Shown here: positions 26,050 through 39,800 of the stretch, one piece after another
Numbering within the stretch: the first letter of the stretch is position 1
Layout: every line of letters starts with the position of its first letter
Assembly (NCBI GenBank): GCA_021432655.1
Contig: MU271337.1
Span: forward strand, 1 to 64,000
Reading direction: 5' to 3'
DNA length: 64,000 nucleotides
Source: Atractiella rhizophila
Taxonomy: Eukaryota
Position numbers and translations under genes: made by a program
Notes under the pieces: model-generated
The model's database searches: none
What the model was told of the DNA's origin: nothing
What the model saw: the letters and a program-made list of their open reading frames with translations, nothing else

Positions 26050-26797
26050 TCAAGCCTTCCCAACATTCTTAACAGCCTCTTCGATGCTCATCTCCCTCGC
26101 ATCCCTCTCTCCTTCCCTCTGTTCCTGCAACGACCTCCTTCCAGCGTTCGGGCTTCCCTCCGCTCCCGCCTGTTTGCTGTCAGCAGGAAGAGGAGGCATC
26201 ACTCGTCTCCCGCCGAATTCTGTCGGAGTCTCCTTCGCCGTCGTGGTCGTCGCCGTCGGAGCCCGGGAAGAATGTGGCAACCCTGCTTCGGTTGAAGGGG
26301 CGGCAGTGACGGTAGTCGACGTTCTTCCCCTCCTCCATCCTGTCGAAGATCGTTTCAAAGATTGAATAGCGGACTTCATATCCCTCGTCCCTTTCCACCA
26401 TACCACCAGACTTCAGCGACCAGTCTTCCGAAAGCCAATGCTAATGTTAATTAAGAAAAGCACACCTTTGTTGGCCACATCTTGCCACGCCGCACTACCC
26501 CTAGGTTTGTCGCTCACTCTCCTTTCTGATGGATCCGGATCCGTGATTCGTGGTGGAGGCTCCCGACGACCGCTTATCCCTTCTCCTAATCCATCGGCGG
26601 CCGCATTGACGTTCCCTCTGATGGAGTCACCGAGACCGCGGACGATGGTGAAGGTGTCCCTTGATGAACAAGTCAGGCGCAGTCGGTATTGGAGCTGATA
26701 TTGTAATGTAAGAGTCTTACCTGATAATGGTCCCAATGCCGGATGTGCGTCGGCGGGTCTTCTCTGCGCTTGGGCTGGTGGATTCTTCGTAAGACAT
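26050..26797 (-). CDS. Hypothetical fungal protein, 2 introns
   Basis: Splices to MSYEESTSPS..GIGTIIRDTFTIVRGLGDSIRGNVNAAADGLG..WQDVANKGTRDMKSAIQSL..; canonical GT-AG boundaries. Confidence 0.65.
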
Positions 26798-27084
26798 TTT
26801 CGTGTGGTATTCGTTAGATTGTGGCGTAAATGGTAATGTTAAAGTGGTGTGAGTATCTGCTTTTGTAGGCTGTAACTTGTAGACTGTAACGATGACGTAG
26901 GTCGCTTCCAGAAGCTCAAGCTCCCGATCGCCGTGCTGCGGCCAAACATACACAATTCGATTCCTAAACGAGGTATAGCCGAGAAGCAGGAGATGCCGAC
27001 GAACGCCACGTACACGGGTTGCAAAGAGCACAAGCAACCTCCCTTTGGCAGTTGGCAAAGAATCCCAACTTATTTTGTGAGGAC

Positions 27085-30000
27085 ATGGCTCCAGCATCCA
27101 CCGCCTTCACAGACGAGTTCTTCACCCCCCTGTCCCCTCCCGGCTCTCCCTCAACTCCCGCCGCCTCGCCCTCCAAGCGCTCCACACGCTCCACAGGCAA
27201 CCACAACCGCGTGCGCTATCTCGGCTTCGAGCGCACCCTCTCCTCCAAACGGAGTCCGACCACGATCCAGTACCGAATCGGGGACGTCGTGCTCGTTTCT
27301 CCCGACCTCAAGGTGCTCCCAAACTGGCTCAAAGAGCCCGTGACCGGGTCGAATTCGAGGGCGAAGGCGAAGCTGAAGAAGCTGCAGGATGGGTTTTGGT
27401 GGGAGGGTCATGATGATGGGTTGTCGAGGAATGTCAAGGTGGCGGTGGTGGAGTCTTTGTATGAGGATGAGAGGGGGGAGAAGATGGGCACTTTTCGGTG
27501 GTTGGTGAGACCAAAGTATGTGTGGGATTCGAAGAAGGGTCCAGGAGATGAAGGGCAGGATGTGCATGAGGTGCGTCTTTTTGGTGTTCCTGGGCATAGC
27601 AGAGATTGAAAGAAGCGTGATGGATGAAGCAAGAGCTTTATTATTCTCACGACTCCCAACACGCCTCTCGTTCTTCAAAGTCCCAAAAAGACTATCAACC
27701 TAAAACGACAGACCACATCCCAATCCGCTTCCTCCTTCCCGCTCTCCCAGTGACCGTGTTGTCCTCTTCCTCGTTTTTCGCACGACCAGACGCCGAGAAG
27801 GTGAAAGGCAAAGTCTTCTTCGTACGACAGGTGTACGACGTTCGTCCTATAGCTAACGGAGGCGAAGAAGAGTGGTTTTACGATGTGGAGGACTTTGAGG
27901 CGATATGGAAGGAGTGCTTATCTCGGGGCTGCTGGGATATAGATGTTGGCACAGAAGAGGAACAGCCTGACGAGGTTGTGGAGGTGAAGAGCCCGAGTAA
28001 GGGGACGAAGAAGAGGCGAATGCAGGATAGGACGTATGAGACGCCGAAGAAGCGGAGGAGAGTCGAAATAGAGCCGTTGGGAGATGTGGTCAGCTCTTCA
28101 GACAGCTCTGAAGGGAGCAGCGATGATTATGAAGACTCAGTATGTCTCTGCTTCTCTCTTCGAGTCTACATGTTGACTGATGGGGAACGGTAGACTTCAG
28201 AATCCGAGGAAGAAGATTCGGATGACGCAGACTCAGTCGTCTCTGCTCGCGCTTCTGAGTCTTCAGACGTAGAAATGGGTGAGCCGGATTGGTTCTCCAT
28301 GTCCACACCAACGAAGTCTCGGAGTCCCTCAAAACGGTCTCCAAACAAACGATCGCCTACGAAGCGGAAGCGTCCGACTGGCGGGGTGAAGCTCCAAGGA
28401 GGACTTGCGGCCAAGAAGCGAAGGGAAGCGCTGGCCCAACGGCGGGAAGAGCGAAAAGCACGACGCGTGTCCGTCCTCCTCTGCCTTACCCTCTGCTCAG
28501 ACTTGAGACCGATGACTGACTGATACGACGCCTACAGAGCACGCGGACCTCCTCGACTGGCTTTCGCGCCGTCTCAGATCCCTCTACCGCAAAATTTGAC
28601 GCCGTTTCAGAAGGCAGCGCAGATCTTACATGTTTCTGCGACCCCCGAGTTCTTGCCTTGTAGAGATGAAGAGTTTGTGCAGATTGAGAGTTTCTTGGAG
28701 GATGCTATAGACGAGGGAACTGGTGGTTGTTTGTGTGCGTATGCGAGCTCTGTTGGTGGACAATGATTGAAGATGAGAGATAGACGTCGCTGGTGTTCCG
28801 GGCACGGGAAAGACTGCAACAGTCCTCAGCGTGGTCAAGGTGTTGCAGGAGCGAGCAGCGCAAGGAGTTAGTTCTTTAATAACTTGTCTCTTTCTTCAAG
28901 GATGAGCTGACCCTGGTCGTTTGAAAGGAAATTGCGCCGTTCAGATTCTGCGAAATCAATGGGATGAAGCTTACAGAGCCACCTCAAGCTTTTGTTTCTC
29001 TCTGGGAGTTCCTCGAGAACTCTTCAGACCGTGAAGGGGAGAAGAAAATAGGTCCAAAGCAGGCTCTGAAGAAACTGGAGACGTATTTCGATGGCGGTGC
29101 TCCGGGAAGAGAGACTTGGTCTGTCATTTTACTCGCACTTGAAACTGTCTGACGATGGGAGGGACGTAGTGTCGTACTCGTTGATGAGTTGGATCAGCTT
29201 ATTACGAAGAAGCAAGAAGTGATATACAACTTTTTCGACTGGCCGAATCGACCTAGGAGCAAGCTTGTGGTCGTTGCAATTGCCAATACGATGGACTTGC
29301 CTGAGAGGGAATTCTTGGGAAAGATTAGAAGCCGTTTAGGTTGGCAGTCTTACTTGCTTCTTGAATGATTGTTGATGGTGGTGTTCATAGGCAATAACAG
29401 AATCAATTTTGCCGCGTACACATCCGAGCAGCTCATAAAGATTGTCGAAGCGAGACTGGAAGGATTGGACGTATTCAACAAAGACGGTATCAAGCTCGCC
29501 GCTAAGAAGGTCGCCTCTGTTACAGGAGATGCTCGTCGAGCATTGGACATTTGTCGGTGAGCTTTTAGTATATACTCCCTTGGCCGAGATCATAACGCGA
29601 GTGAATCAAGGCGAACAGTCGAGAATGTGGACCTTCTGAATAACACAAGCGGAAAGCCTCCTCGTCTAGCGACTGCAAATGACGTCGTCAAGACCTATGC
29701 AGCCATGACCAACTCCGGCCCGCTTGCATTTGTGAGGAAGCTTGGAATCGTACAGAAGGTGTTGCTGTTTGGAATCGTTAAAGAAGGACGTAAACGTTCC
29801 GCAGGTGATGTTGAAATGGGCGATGTATGTTCATCCTTTCCTCTCCAGCAATATTGTTCATTCATTTGAGCAGATAATCCGATTTTACCTTCAATTCACC
29901 CGCCAATTGACGAACGCCGGAATCCCACAAGTCGGACATGATGACCTCTTCGCTGCATTGGAGAGTTTGGCAAATCTGAGGATCGTCGTCCTGGAACCAA

Positions 30001-30113
30001 TGCCTGGAAGTAAAAGGACAGGGTATTTCAGGAGATTGAAAGCCCTCGTGGCTGATGAGGAGCTCGAGCCAGTCCTACGAGAAGACGAGAAGGTCGGACG
30101 TTACTTCAAGTAA
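27085..30113 (+). CDS. ORC1: Origin recognition complex subunit 1 (BAH + AAA+ + winged helix)
   Basis: BAH-like [31 protein letters not shown]; Walker [19 protein letters not shown]; Walker [32 protein letters not shown]. Confidence 0.95.
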
Positions 30114-30592
30114 CGGTCTTGTTTCCTATTTGCTGCAGGTGGTCGCTTGTCTTTTTGAGTATTATACGTCATTGTGCATTGTGTAAATGAAACCAAAATT
30201 AACTCCAGGACTTCTAGAGCATGACTTGAATACTTCACAACAAGCCAAGTCATTTTGCTAAAGGAGTACAGAGAAGACAAATTATGAGCATCAGACGCAG
30301 AGTTCGATTTCGAGGACGAGGTGCGATTTCTGACCACAGTTGGTGTAGAGTCGGGTTCGCTCGGATTTGGAACGGTGGGGGACTTGTATAAAGTCGGTAT
30401 CATGTCAGAGTAAGATCCATAAAGGCCATCGCGAACAGAATTCCATACGGATTTTGGCTACACTCAGATAACACGACTAAGGAATCGCATTCACTGTTCA
30501 ACGTTCAACATTCGGCAAGTAGAATTTCGACTTGACGGGAGAAGACTCGGAACCTAAATTATACAAGTGACAAATTCGATAGCGTAATAACG

Positions 30593-32250
30593 ATGTCTTC
30601 AACAAATTGGCCGCCTGAGCTTCCAGAAGAGAAGCTAGCGACATTAATTTCCACAGCTAACGACTGGGCGCTCTCTCATGGTCTAGTACTCCGCGCTCCC
30701 GCGGTATCATCACATCTCCCACCATCAGGCGGCTCTGCGATCCATGGACCGTATTCTCTCTTCCCAACTCCATTTCCTCGATCGATGTTTGAGCGAGCGA
30801 CAGAGCTGCAAGACATTTATAACGATCTCTATGCTAGAGTTACTCTTAATCGCGAATTTCTGAGGAAAGTGATCGGAGGGAATGTGCAGAAAGTGGACGC
30901 GTTTCAAAGGAGTTTGTATGAGATCTGGGAGAAACTCGAAAAGGATGAAGGAACACAGGTCAGTACACTCGTTTACACAAAAAATCGGCTGAAGGATAGA
31001 CGATAGCGCTTGCACCTTGGACTCTTTCGCTCAGACTACATGTTGCACGCAGGCGAAGGTCAAGACGTCTCTTTGAAACAGGTGGAATTCAATACCATTT
31101 CAAGCTCTTTTGGTGCGCTCTCGAGCAAAGTCACTGAATTGCATCGGTGCGTCGCTTGTTCATGAAGTTCCAACAAGAGAACTGATTTCTTTCTGAACAA
31201 GTTACCTTCTCCAATCTGGCGCTTTTCCTCCTGATCTGAAGATGGATCTCTCCTCACTACCTCCGAACAATGCACTTCTCACCCTTGCGCACGGTTTGTC
31301 GGAAGCACACCGCGCATATGGAAATGACTCGTTGGTTTCTTTTTCCCTTCCAGCAGGCGATTGCCTTACCTGTTTCCAGTGCATCAATCCTCTTTGTCGT
31401 CCAGCCCAACGAACGGAACGCTTTCGATCAACGCACTCTTGAATATCTCCTTCTCTCTAAATACAATATCAGAGTCATTCGACAAACGTTCGCACAACTG
31501 GCAAAATCCGCAACTTTCTCAACTCATACCCATCGTCTTACCCTTGATGCTTCAACTCACTCTGTCGCACACGAAATATCCGTTGTTTATTATCGCGCCG
31601 GGTATACACCAGATGATTATCCGAGCCACAACGAGTGGCACATTCGCGAGCTCATTGAGAGGAGCAGAGCGATCAAGTGTCCGTCGATTGCGCTACAATT
31701 GGCTGGAGCGAAGAAGGTGCAGCAGGTATTGAGCGAGCCTGGTGTCTTGGAAGAGCTGGGCATTGGCAGTAGGGAGAGCAACCTGTTGCGAGAAAGTTGG
31801 ATGGATATGTATCCTATGGACGATTCCGACCTCGGGAAGAAGGCATTGAAGTTGGCACACGAGGAGTCAGAGCGGTTTGTTTTGAAACCTCAGAGAGAAG
31901 GAGGAGGAAATAACATTTATCGAACGAAAATTCCCAACTTTCTCGCAGGATTGGAGAAGAAAGACCTCGAGAAAGCAGCGGGCGAGGCAAGAGAAAGGGA
32001 AGGTTACATTCTGATGGAACTCATCAAGCCGCCGGCGCAGAAAAGTTTACTGATCAAGAGTGGTTTAGAGGAAGCAACCGTAGGGGAAACCATTAGCGAG
32101 TTGGGAATTTTTGGCGTATGCCTTTTCGGTACAGAAGCGGTGAAAGTAAACGAGAGCGGGGGACACCTGTTGAGGACAAAAGGGAAGGAGAGTGATGAAG
32201 GAGGAGTCGCAGTAGGATTCAGCGTGATCGATAGCCCTTGGCTGGTGTAA
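30593..32250 (+). CDS. GSH2: Glutathione synthetase (eukaryotic type)
   Basis: DWALSHGL, LGLFRSDYM, KQVEFNTISSSFG, VVYYRAGYTPDDY, QLAGAKKVQQ, FVLKPQREGGGNN, SELGIFG, EGGVAVGFSVIDSP. Confidence 0.97.
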
Positions 32251-32448
32251 CCGCTATCGAAATTGTAACCGATTTGTTTTGTGATCCACCACACGCTGCT
32301 CGTCACGATAAGAAACACAATGCTGGCGAAGAGCACAATCATTTTCAGAGAACAAGCAGAAGGCACTGACAAAAAGGGATCTGGGTTAAGGAAGACGATA
32401 CACATATTTTGAAAAGCACTGTTTAATAACTATTCAGGAAAGCTTTCT

Positions 32449-33191
32449 CTACTCATCCAGGTTCTTTCTCTTTCTCTTTCTCTTTGCTACGCTCTTCACC
32501 TCATAGTCGTCAAAGTCGTCAATCTTCCACCTCTGCACACAGACGTACTCATTTCTCTTCCTCATTTTACGGTGTCCAGAAGCGACTACAGCTCCTTCTT
32601 TGGCAGTCGACCAGTCGGTTAAGATGGATAGCTCGGTTTTGTTCATCTTCTTCGCAGCGATCTCTTGAGCTCCTTCCATAGACAAAGTTACACCGACTAA
32701 CTTAGCCACCGCAGTCTCGCCATCGTCGTCATCACCGTCATCCTTTAGGGTTGTGATGGTAAAGGCATAATACTGCTTGATAGCTTCCGTAGAGATATTC
32801 TCGATATTGGAGTTGGAAGCGTGAGGAGATGTGGATATGACGCAGGAAGGCTAATGCGAACGGGTTCAGTTTCTTTCAGAGATCAATGAGAAATCTTATA
32901 AACCTCTCCCGTGTTCTCCAACAACTTAAACTTCTCGACCTTCATCCCAATTCCAAATTCGCAGACCAACTTCTTCTTCAAATCAACGGGCCGTCCTTCA
33001 GCCTCCTCTTTGCAAACTTGTGATTTAGCGAATTCCACCGCGGCTTGGGCGTTACGACGAGCCCCGTAAACAAGTATGCAAGGCCTTCCATGGCCATCGT
33101 CATCTATTTCTTCCCAAACAAGGTATATATGGGAAGGAAGATTAACTGGGCTGGAATCAGAGTCGTCCTGGCGAGGACGCTTGGGACGCAT
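32449..33191 (-). CDS. Orphan protein, paralog A (~229 aa), one coding intron 32851-32903
   Basis: Two ORF-track pieces join through GTTTAT..ATTAG. Colinear with the paralog at 33910-34644. Basic NLS-like ends (PKRPR, KRKRKRK). Confidence 0.75.
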
Positions 33192-33909
33192 GCTTTAGTC
33201 CTTTCATAAACCTATCGCTATCTTCTGCTTATGGAGCACTTACTCGTTGATACCTAGCTATAAGCCCCGTTTTATAGCAACCTGTAGGAGCAGGAGCTGC
33301 TCCTTTCCGAGTGGAAATGGATCCATCTTGAATACATCCAGCGGGGCCACAGTGACCTCGGTTCTCGCAGGCAACTCCTAAGTTAGTTCAACTTGCAATC
33401 CGAGCATTCAAACGAAAATCTGGGATGTATCCCGGTGACTCGCTCAATTGAGCGTGACCGCTGAAGCAAATCGAAGACGGTTAGGAAACAAGGAAGACAG
33501 TGAAGGAACAGGGCAGAAGGCTCACTTTTGGATGTGGGGATTTAGCGTTGAGAATTTAAGTGAAAGGTGTGAACGAATCTTAGAAGTTGCGCAGCGGATG
33601 GAGGGTGGAGCACATATATTTCGATACGAAACGCGCCCTCGAAAAGGTGCATGGTGCAAGGGGAAAGTGTTGGCTGACGTGAACACTCAACTGAAAACGT
33701 CTACTCCTACCGATGGAGATCCAAGGAGCCGAATTCCCCCAGCACAAAGACATTGTACTTTGACGCGAAGTAATACGATCGTTTTGCGTGAAGGCTGAAT
33801 AAGCAGGATTATCATGACAGTAAGATGTGAACTGGATAATACTTTGCATAACGCATCAAGTTAGAATAGCAAGCGTTATTATGAGGAGACATACCATAAA
33901 TATGCTGTT

Positions 33910-34644
33910 TCAAAGAGGGGTGGGAGAGTAATCCATGTCTGAGTCATCTGGATCCAACTTCTTCCTCTTCCTCTTTACAACCTTCTTCACCTCAGTGTCG
34001 TTGAAGTCGGTAATCATCCACCTCTCTATCTCAGAGTACTTCTCTCCCTGACCTGTGTGTTTCCCCGAGGCGACTACAGCTCCTTCTTTGGCAGTCTTCC
34101 AGTTGGCTGTGGGGGACGGTCTGCTTTTGTACATCTTCTTTGCAGCGAGATCTTGTGCCCCTTCCATGGACAGGGTTACGCCGACTAACTTGACCTCGCC
34201 TTTGCCGCCGTCATAGTCTGTCTTCAAGACTGTGACCGTAAAGGCGTAATGCTGCTTGACTGCCGGAGAGTCGAAGATCGAAGGAGTGGACATGACGCAG
34301 AAAGGCTAACGCAGAATCAATAATTTTCAGAGGGAATGAGATGAATGAGAGATGCTATGAACCTCTCTGCCGCTCTCCAATAATCTAAACTTCTCGACCT
34401 TGATCCCAGTTCTGAATTCACACACGACTTTCCTCCTCAAGTTGACGGCCAACCCTTCAAGGTCCTCTTTGGAAGCTTGAGATTTAGCCAATTCCACCGC
34501 GGCTTGGGCGTAACGACGGACTCCATGAACGATCACGCTAGGAAGCCCATGTCCATCATCCTCCATTTCTTCCCACACAAGGTACACATGGGTGGGAAGA
34601 GCATCTGGACCGGTGTCTTCCTCGCGAGTACGTTTGGGGGGCAT
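33910..34644 (-). CDS. Orphan protein, paralog B (~225 aa), one coding intron 34306-34362
   Basis: Same intron position and blocks as paralog A (YLVWEE.DDGHG.P, AQAAVE.AKSQ, KLVGVTLSMEGAQ, TAKEGAVVASG). Confidence 0.75.
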
Positions 34645-35025
34645 GGTCTGCTTGTTTCACTTAATGAACCCATTTCCTCCATTCTGCTAAGAGACACTTA
34701 CTGTCAATACCAGTTAGAGATCCCGCCTTTGAGTGATCTGGTAAATGTTGGCAAACTTAGGCAAAGCGACAGCGGAGCCGCGCGGTGACCACGGTTGTGG
34801 CAACCCAACAGAACGTAGTTGGCAACGATCTTGGCCAGCTGTCCAGTCCAGCTGCCCTGCCTTTCTTCAGGCACGACGAGTTCCCCTTCGATGCAGTAGC
34901 CTCAGCATTGCGAGCATCATTATTTATTGACTTTCGATATTTCCCACAGGGACATCGTTGATCGATTCACCTGCGTCCTCTGGAGGCTTCACATCTTTTC
35001 ACAGTTCTGTCCTTACGCCCAACCC

Positions 35026-36540
35026 ATGCGAGATTCCGAGGTTTACAGTACCTGGAGGTCTCAGCGATCTCAGCGTTCAGACGCTCCACCGCTACCACGA
35101 TTCTCTTTCGCTCGTCATCGATCCTGGATATCGGAGCCTGGCGGTTACAGGAATGGGAGATGGCAGAACAAGCTGATGGAGAAGTTTGACTTGAAGAAGG
35201 AGGAGGTTGCATTGACGGTGGGAGAGGGCGAAGTGAGTTTATTGGATGTCTTAGAAGGGAGGACGAGCGGGCAGTTCGCCTTGAGCCAGTTGAAGCAATT
35301 CGCGGCTGGCTCTCGTGCCGATGTTGCAAAAAACTGGATGGTGGCCATTCAGTTTTGTTTGGACTTTCTGGAGTAAGTCTACCCTACTGTAAACAGCTGG
35401 ACGTGCTTTTAATCCCTTTTATTCAGATATCGACGCAGCTTCCTGAAGCTCTCGAGCGAGGAACAAAACCTTTCTCCCCCACCGTTCTTCATTATCGAGG
35501 AGTTGATGAGGAACCGCGATACCCGCGCAACGGCACTTTCAATGGGGGCAACATCCGGGGTATCAGTTGCACCATCTTTGTTCTTTCCTCCAATTCCAAC
35601 TGGCCGTTTGAACGATTCTCTTCCCCCAACACCGCACACTCAAGGCACAGACTTAGCTTACGCCAAGTCGCCACCTCCTCGACAGTCAGTTATCGAGACG
35701 AATAGGACTGAAACCCTGCAAAAGCTGGGCCACCATGGAAGGAGTCTGACGTGGAAAGAGCCGCCCATTGCTTCGCTTCTCTCTTCAACGCCAGCAAGAC
35801 AACCGACAGTCCGACATACGAACTACTCTATGTTCCGTTTCTCGACTGCAACTACCCTACCAGATTGCGTCAATCCCTCCTCCCAGCCCCTCCGACAACA
35901 GCTTCACCGTCTCCTGGCCAAATATCTAGGAGCTGATTCGTCCGCCCTCCAGCTCCTCTCGCTTCCTAAGCGTTGTGTGAGCCAAGCGTTCCTCGAAGCT
36001 CGATACACAACCTCTCCCGACGTTCTCCATCCGATCTTCTCTAACTTACTGGAATACTTGTCTGAAACGCTGCTCCCTGCCTTCATTAGAGACGCAAAAT
36101 CCAAGCCATCTCAGAAGCCAATTCCCTTCAACATCGCCTTTCGCGTGGTGATCGGCATACTCGCAACAATGGCAGCTTGCGCTCTTGACGTGCTCCTGAG
36201 CCTAAACCCCTCGCCGCTGTCCAACACCAGAATTCCACGCCCCTTCCGTCTCTTCGTGCTGCCCCTTCTCGCGTTGGCCGTGGGATGCGCTATCCCATCG
36301 AACCATTGGACCGCTCTTCGCTCAGTGGAGCTACCGAGACCCTCTATGTTTAGGCACAGGAGAGGAGGTTGGGGAAAGCAGAAGGAATGGCTCGATCTGG
36401 ACAAGATTGGCGCTGTGGAACAGGAGAGGAAGCGAGAGCGTGTGCGGGCTTGGATGACCATCGCACTCTTTATCGGCTCGATTTGTGTCCTTCAAGGAAT
36501 TGTTGTTGCCTTACCGTTTGTGGAGCTGTCTTCAGCATGA
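35026..36540 (+). CDS. RGS-like domain protein with three C-terminal TM helices (Rax1-like)
   Basis: SLLDVLEGRT..IQFCLDF and LLAKYLG..LSLP..TTSPDVL..LLPAFI (split RGS-like fold), followed by three hydrophobic segments. Intron ~35372-35425. Start codon uncertain. Confidence 0.65.
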
Positions 36541-36896
36541 AATCAACCAAATGGACCTTCGGTGTTGCAATGTAACGTACGTGAAATTGATGTCTGCATG
36601 TTTTTGGATTCAACGGTGACAGAGTAAAAGAAACTGCATTGCACATATAAGGGTGTGGTGGAGATGATTGTGTTGAACAACGTGCTGTGCACATTACATG
36701 CGACATATAACGAGGAGGTATAACGTGGATGAATCTACTCGGTACGAATTTTGAAGCGTGACATAGTCATCAAGAGAAATAAACGGCCTATAAACGGCCT
36801 AGCCTGTTCTGCCTCGAGTTGAATCGTGATCCCATACCACATCCCTTCTAACCAAAAGAAATAAAGCATAATACAACGCAACGGGAATGGAAAAGT

Positions 36897-39800
36897 TTAT
36901 ACCACCTTCTCTTTCTCTTTCACTTCATCTTCTTTATCTTTTCTATCCATCTGATCGTCCTGTACTTCTGCATCGTGTCCCTCATTGATAACGCCGCCAC
37001 CTTCTGAATAGTTGGCAGTGTAATTCCTTGGGCCTTTGTAGAACTTGTGCGCGTGGAGGACATACCAGAGTCCTGAAACGAGCAGGACCGCTCCAAGGAT
37101 AGGGGCGGCGTAGTTGAAGACGGCGGCGGTGATGGGAATGTAAGTTGGAAGAGCAAGAATGATGACGACGAAGGACGTCCAAGCTACGGCGATGGAGTTG
37201 ACCACATACATCTTGAGCCCTTTTCCAAGATTAAAGGGACCAGGGACGAAGTTGACATCGGGGTGGTTGAGGAAGATCATCTTGCAGGCGATGGGAATAA
37301 TGTAGGAGGTATCTAGGGCGATGGCACAAAGGGAGAAGACTGCATTGACCTGAGACTCCTAGTTTAAGACGGGCTAACGAAGAGAGTGAGAAAACTCACG
37401 GCAATCGTCGATGCGAATTCTAGCATTCCGAGTATGGCGCAAAGGAACACGACGAGCCAGACCGACCAAATAGGAATCTTGAAAGAGGTCATCTTCCCGA
37501 AAAGTCCCCGATCGGGGAGACCTTGGTCTCTGGAGAAAGCGAAGAAGGATCGGGAGTTAGCTTGCATGGCAGTGATGACGACGAAGGAAGCTGTAGTATC
37601 CCATTGTTAGCAGGATGCACATAGCAATAGCAAGTAAGGAAAGAGACGAAAACCAACCGGTCAGACAAAGGAAGACCCAAATTGCCAAGGCACCTCCCTT
37701 GCCGAGGTTCTTCTGCAAAATAGTAGCAACTGAAAGTCCAGCAGTTCCAGGTAGATCAGCGATATCCCCGCTTTTCAAGACGAGCATAATGTTCATAATC
37801 CATCCGAAAAGACCAGTGCCCTATCTCAATGGTCATTTTCTCCCTCAAAGGGCAGAGATGAAGCCCTACGATAACAGCAACGAAGATAGCCACCTGTTCT
37901 AACACTCAGCTTCCCGTCCGTTGACCCCGAAACAACTTACTGGTGCAGCAATAGATGCCCTCCGGACTTCTTCAGAGATATGGGCTGTAGCGTCGTAATC
38001 CGTCATAGTCCACCTGGGCGAAATATGTCAGATTTTGAAGGAAGAGCCAATAACGATACGCACTGGACAGAGAGAAGACCGAATAGGAAAGCTAGGCCAT
38101 CGGAAGACCATCCGGAGTCGTTGATTGTGTGAGTAAAGACATACTCGCCGCTGTGCTTGGGAACTCGACTGGAAGCTCCAAGAGCAATGATGATGGCGAA
38201 GGTCGTGCCTGATAAGAGGGAATTCAACGTTGAATCAATAATCAAACGCTATGGTGACCTACCTAAGTTGATGAAAACAAAAAACTTGGTGAGACCAGCG
38301 AGGGCTTTGGTTGTCAACGACTGTAAACCCTGAATGAGCCGAAGTCATGGAAGAAGTCGCAACCCTACATTGATTAACCCGTGGAGGACGAGAAGCGCGA
38401 CATAGAGGCCAACGATCTTGCCTGAAGTGACTTCGTAATTTCCGTCCTAATTTATTCTTCATCAGCCCACCCCTCACTCTGAAGAGGAGAAAGGTAGCGA
38501 CGGACATTGTAAATCACAATAGCTGCCCAGATCATACGACTCAATCCAAATTCGGTAGATGCGACTCCAGCAACTTGACCAAGGAGGTTCAACCATCCTG
38601 CAGGCCGGTGGTAAACAACAATCGTCCGAAGGGACAAATGATAGCGCACCAACAAGCCAGCCCACAGACGCCCTGTATCTCTTAGGCACAACGTAGGCTG
38701 AAGCGGAATAGAGCCCTCCTGACGTAGGATATGCCGACACCAGCCTGATATATGTGACGTGAGGAGCGACATGAAAGACAGGATGCAACGCACTCGGCTA
38801 TCGACGTTCCAAGTGTGAAACAGAAGCAGGCTCCAATGAACCAACACCTTCAAACCAAAGGCGGATGAAGTTGGCAGTGTAATTCCTTGGGCCTTTGTAG
38901 AACTTGTGCGCGTGGAGGACATACCAGAGTCCTGAAACGAGCAGGACCGCTCCAAGGATAGGGGCGGCGTAGTTGAAGACGGCGGCGGTGATGGGAATGT
39001 AAGTTGGAAGAGCAAGAATGATGACGACGAAGGACGTCCAAGCTACGGCGATGGAGTTGACCACATACATCTTGAGCCCTTTTCCAAGATTGAAGGGACC
39101 AGGGACGAAGTTGACATCGGGGTGGTTGAGGAAGATCATCTTGCAGGCGATGGGAATAATGTAGGAGGTATCTAGGGCGATGGCACAAAGGGAGAAGACT
39201 GCATTGACCTGAGACTCCTAGTTTAAGACGGGCTAACGAAGAGAGTGAGAAAACTCACGGCAATCGTCGATGCGAATTCTAGCATTCCGAGTATGGCGCA
39301 AAGGAACACGACGAGCCAGACCGACCAAATAGGAATCTTGAAAGAGGTCATCTTCCCGAAAAGTCCCCGATCGGGGAGACCTTGGTCTCTGGAGAAAGCG
39401 AAGAAGGATCGGGAGTTAGCTTGCATGGCAGTGATGACGACGAAGGAAGCTGTAGTATCCCATTGTTAGCAGGATGCACATAGCAATAGCAAGTAAGGAA
39501 AGAGACGAAAACCAACCGGTCAGACAAAGGAAGACCCAAATTGCCAAGGCACCTCCCTTGCCGAGGTTCTTCTGCAAAATAGTAGCAACTGAAAGTCCAG
39601 CAGTTCCAGGTAGATCAGCGATATCCCCGCTTTTCAAGACGAGCATAATGTTCATAATCCATCCGAAAAGACCAGTGCCCTATCTCAATGGTCATTTTCT
39701 CCCTCAAAGGGCAGAGATGAAGCCCTACGATAACAGCAACGAAGATAGCCACCTGTTCTAACACTCAGCTTCCCGTCCGTTGACCCCGAAACAACTTACT

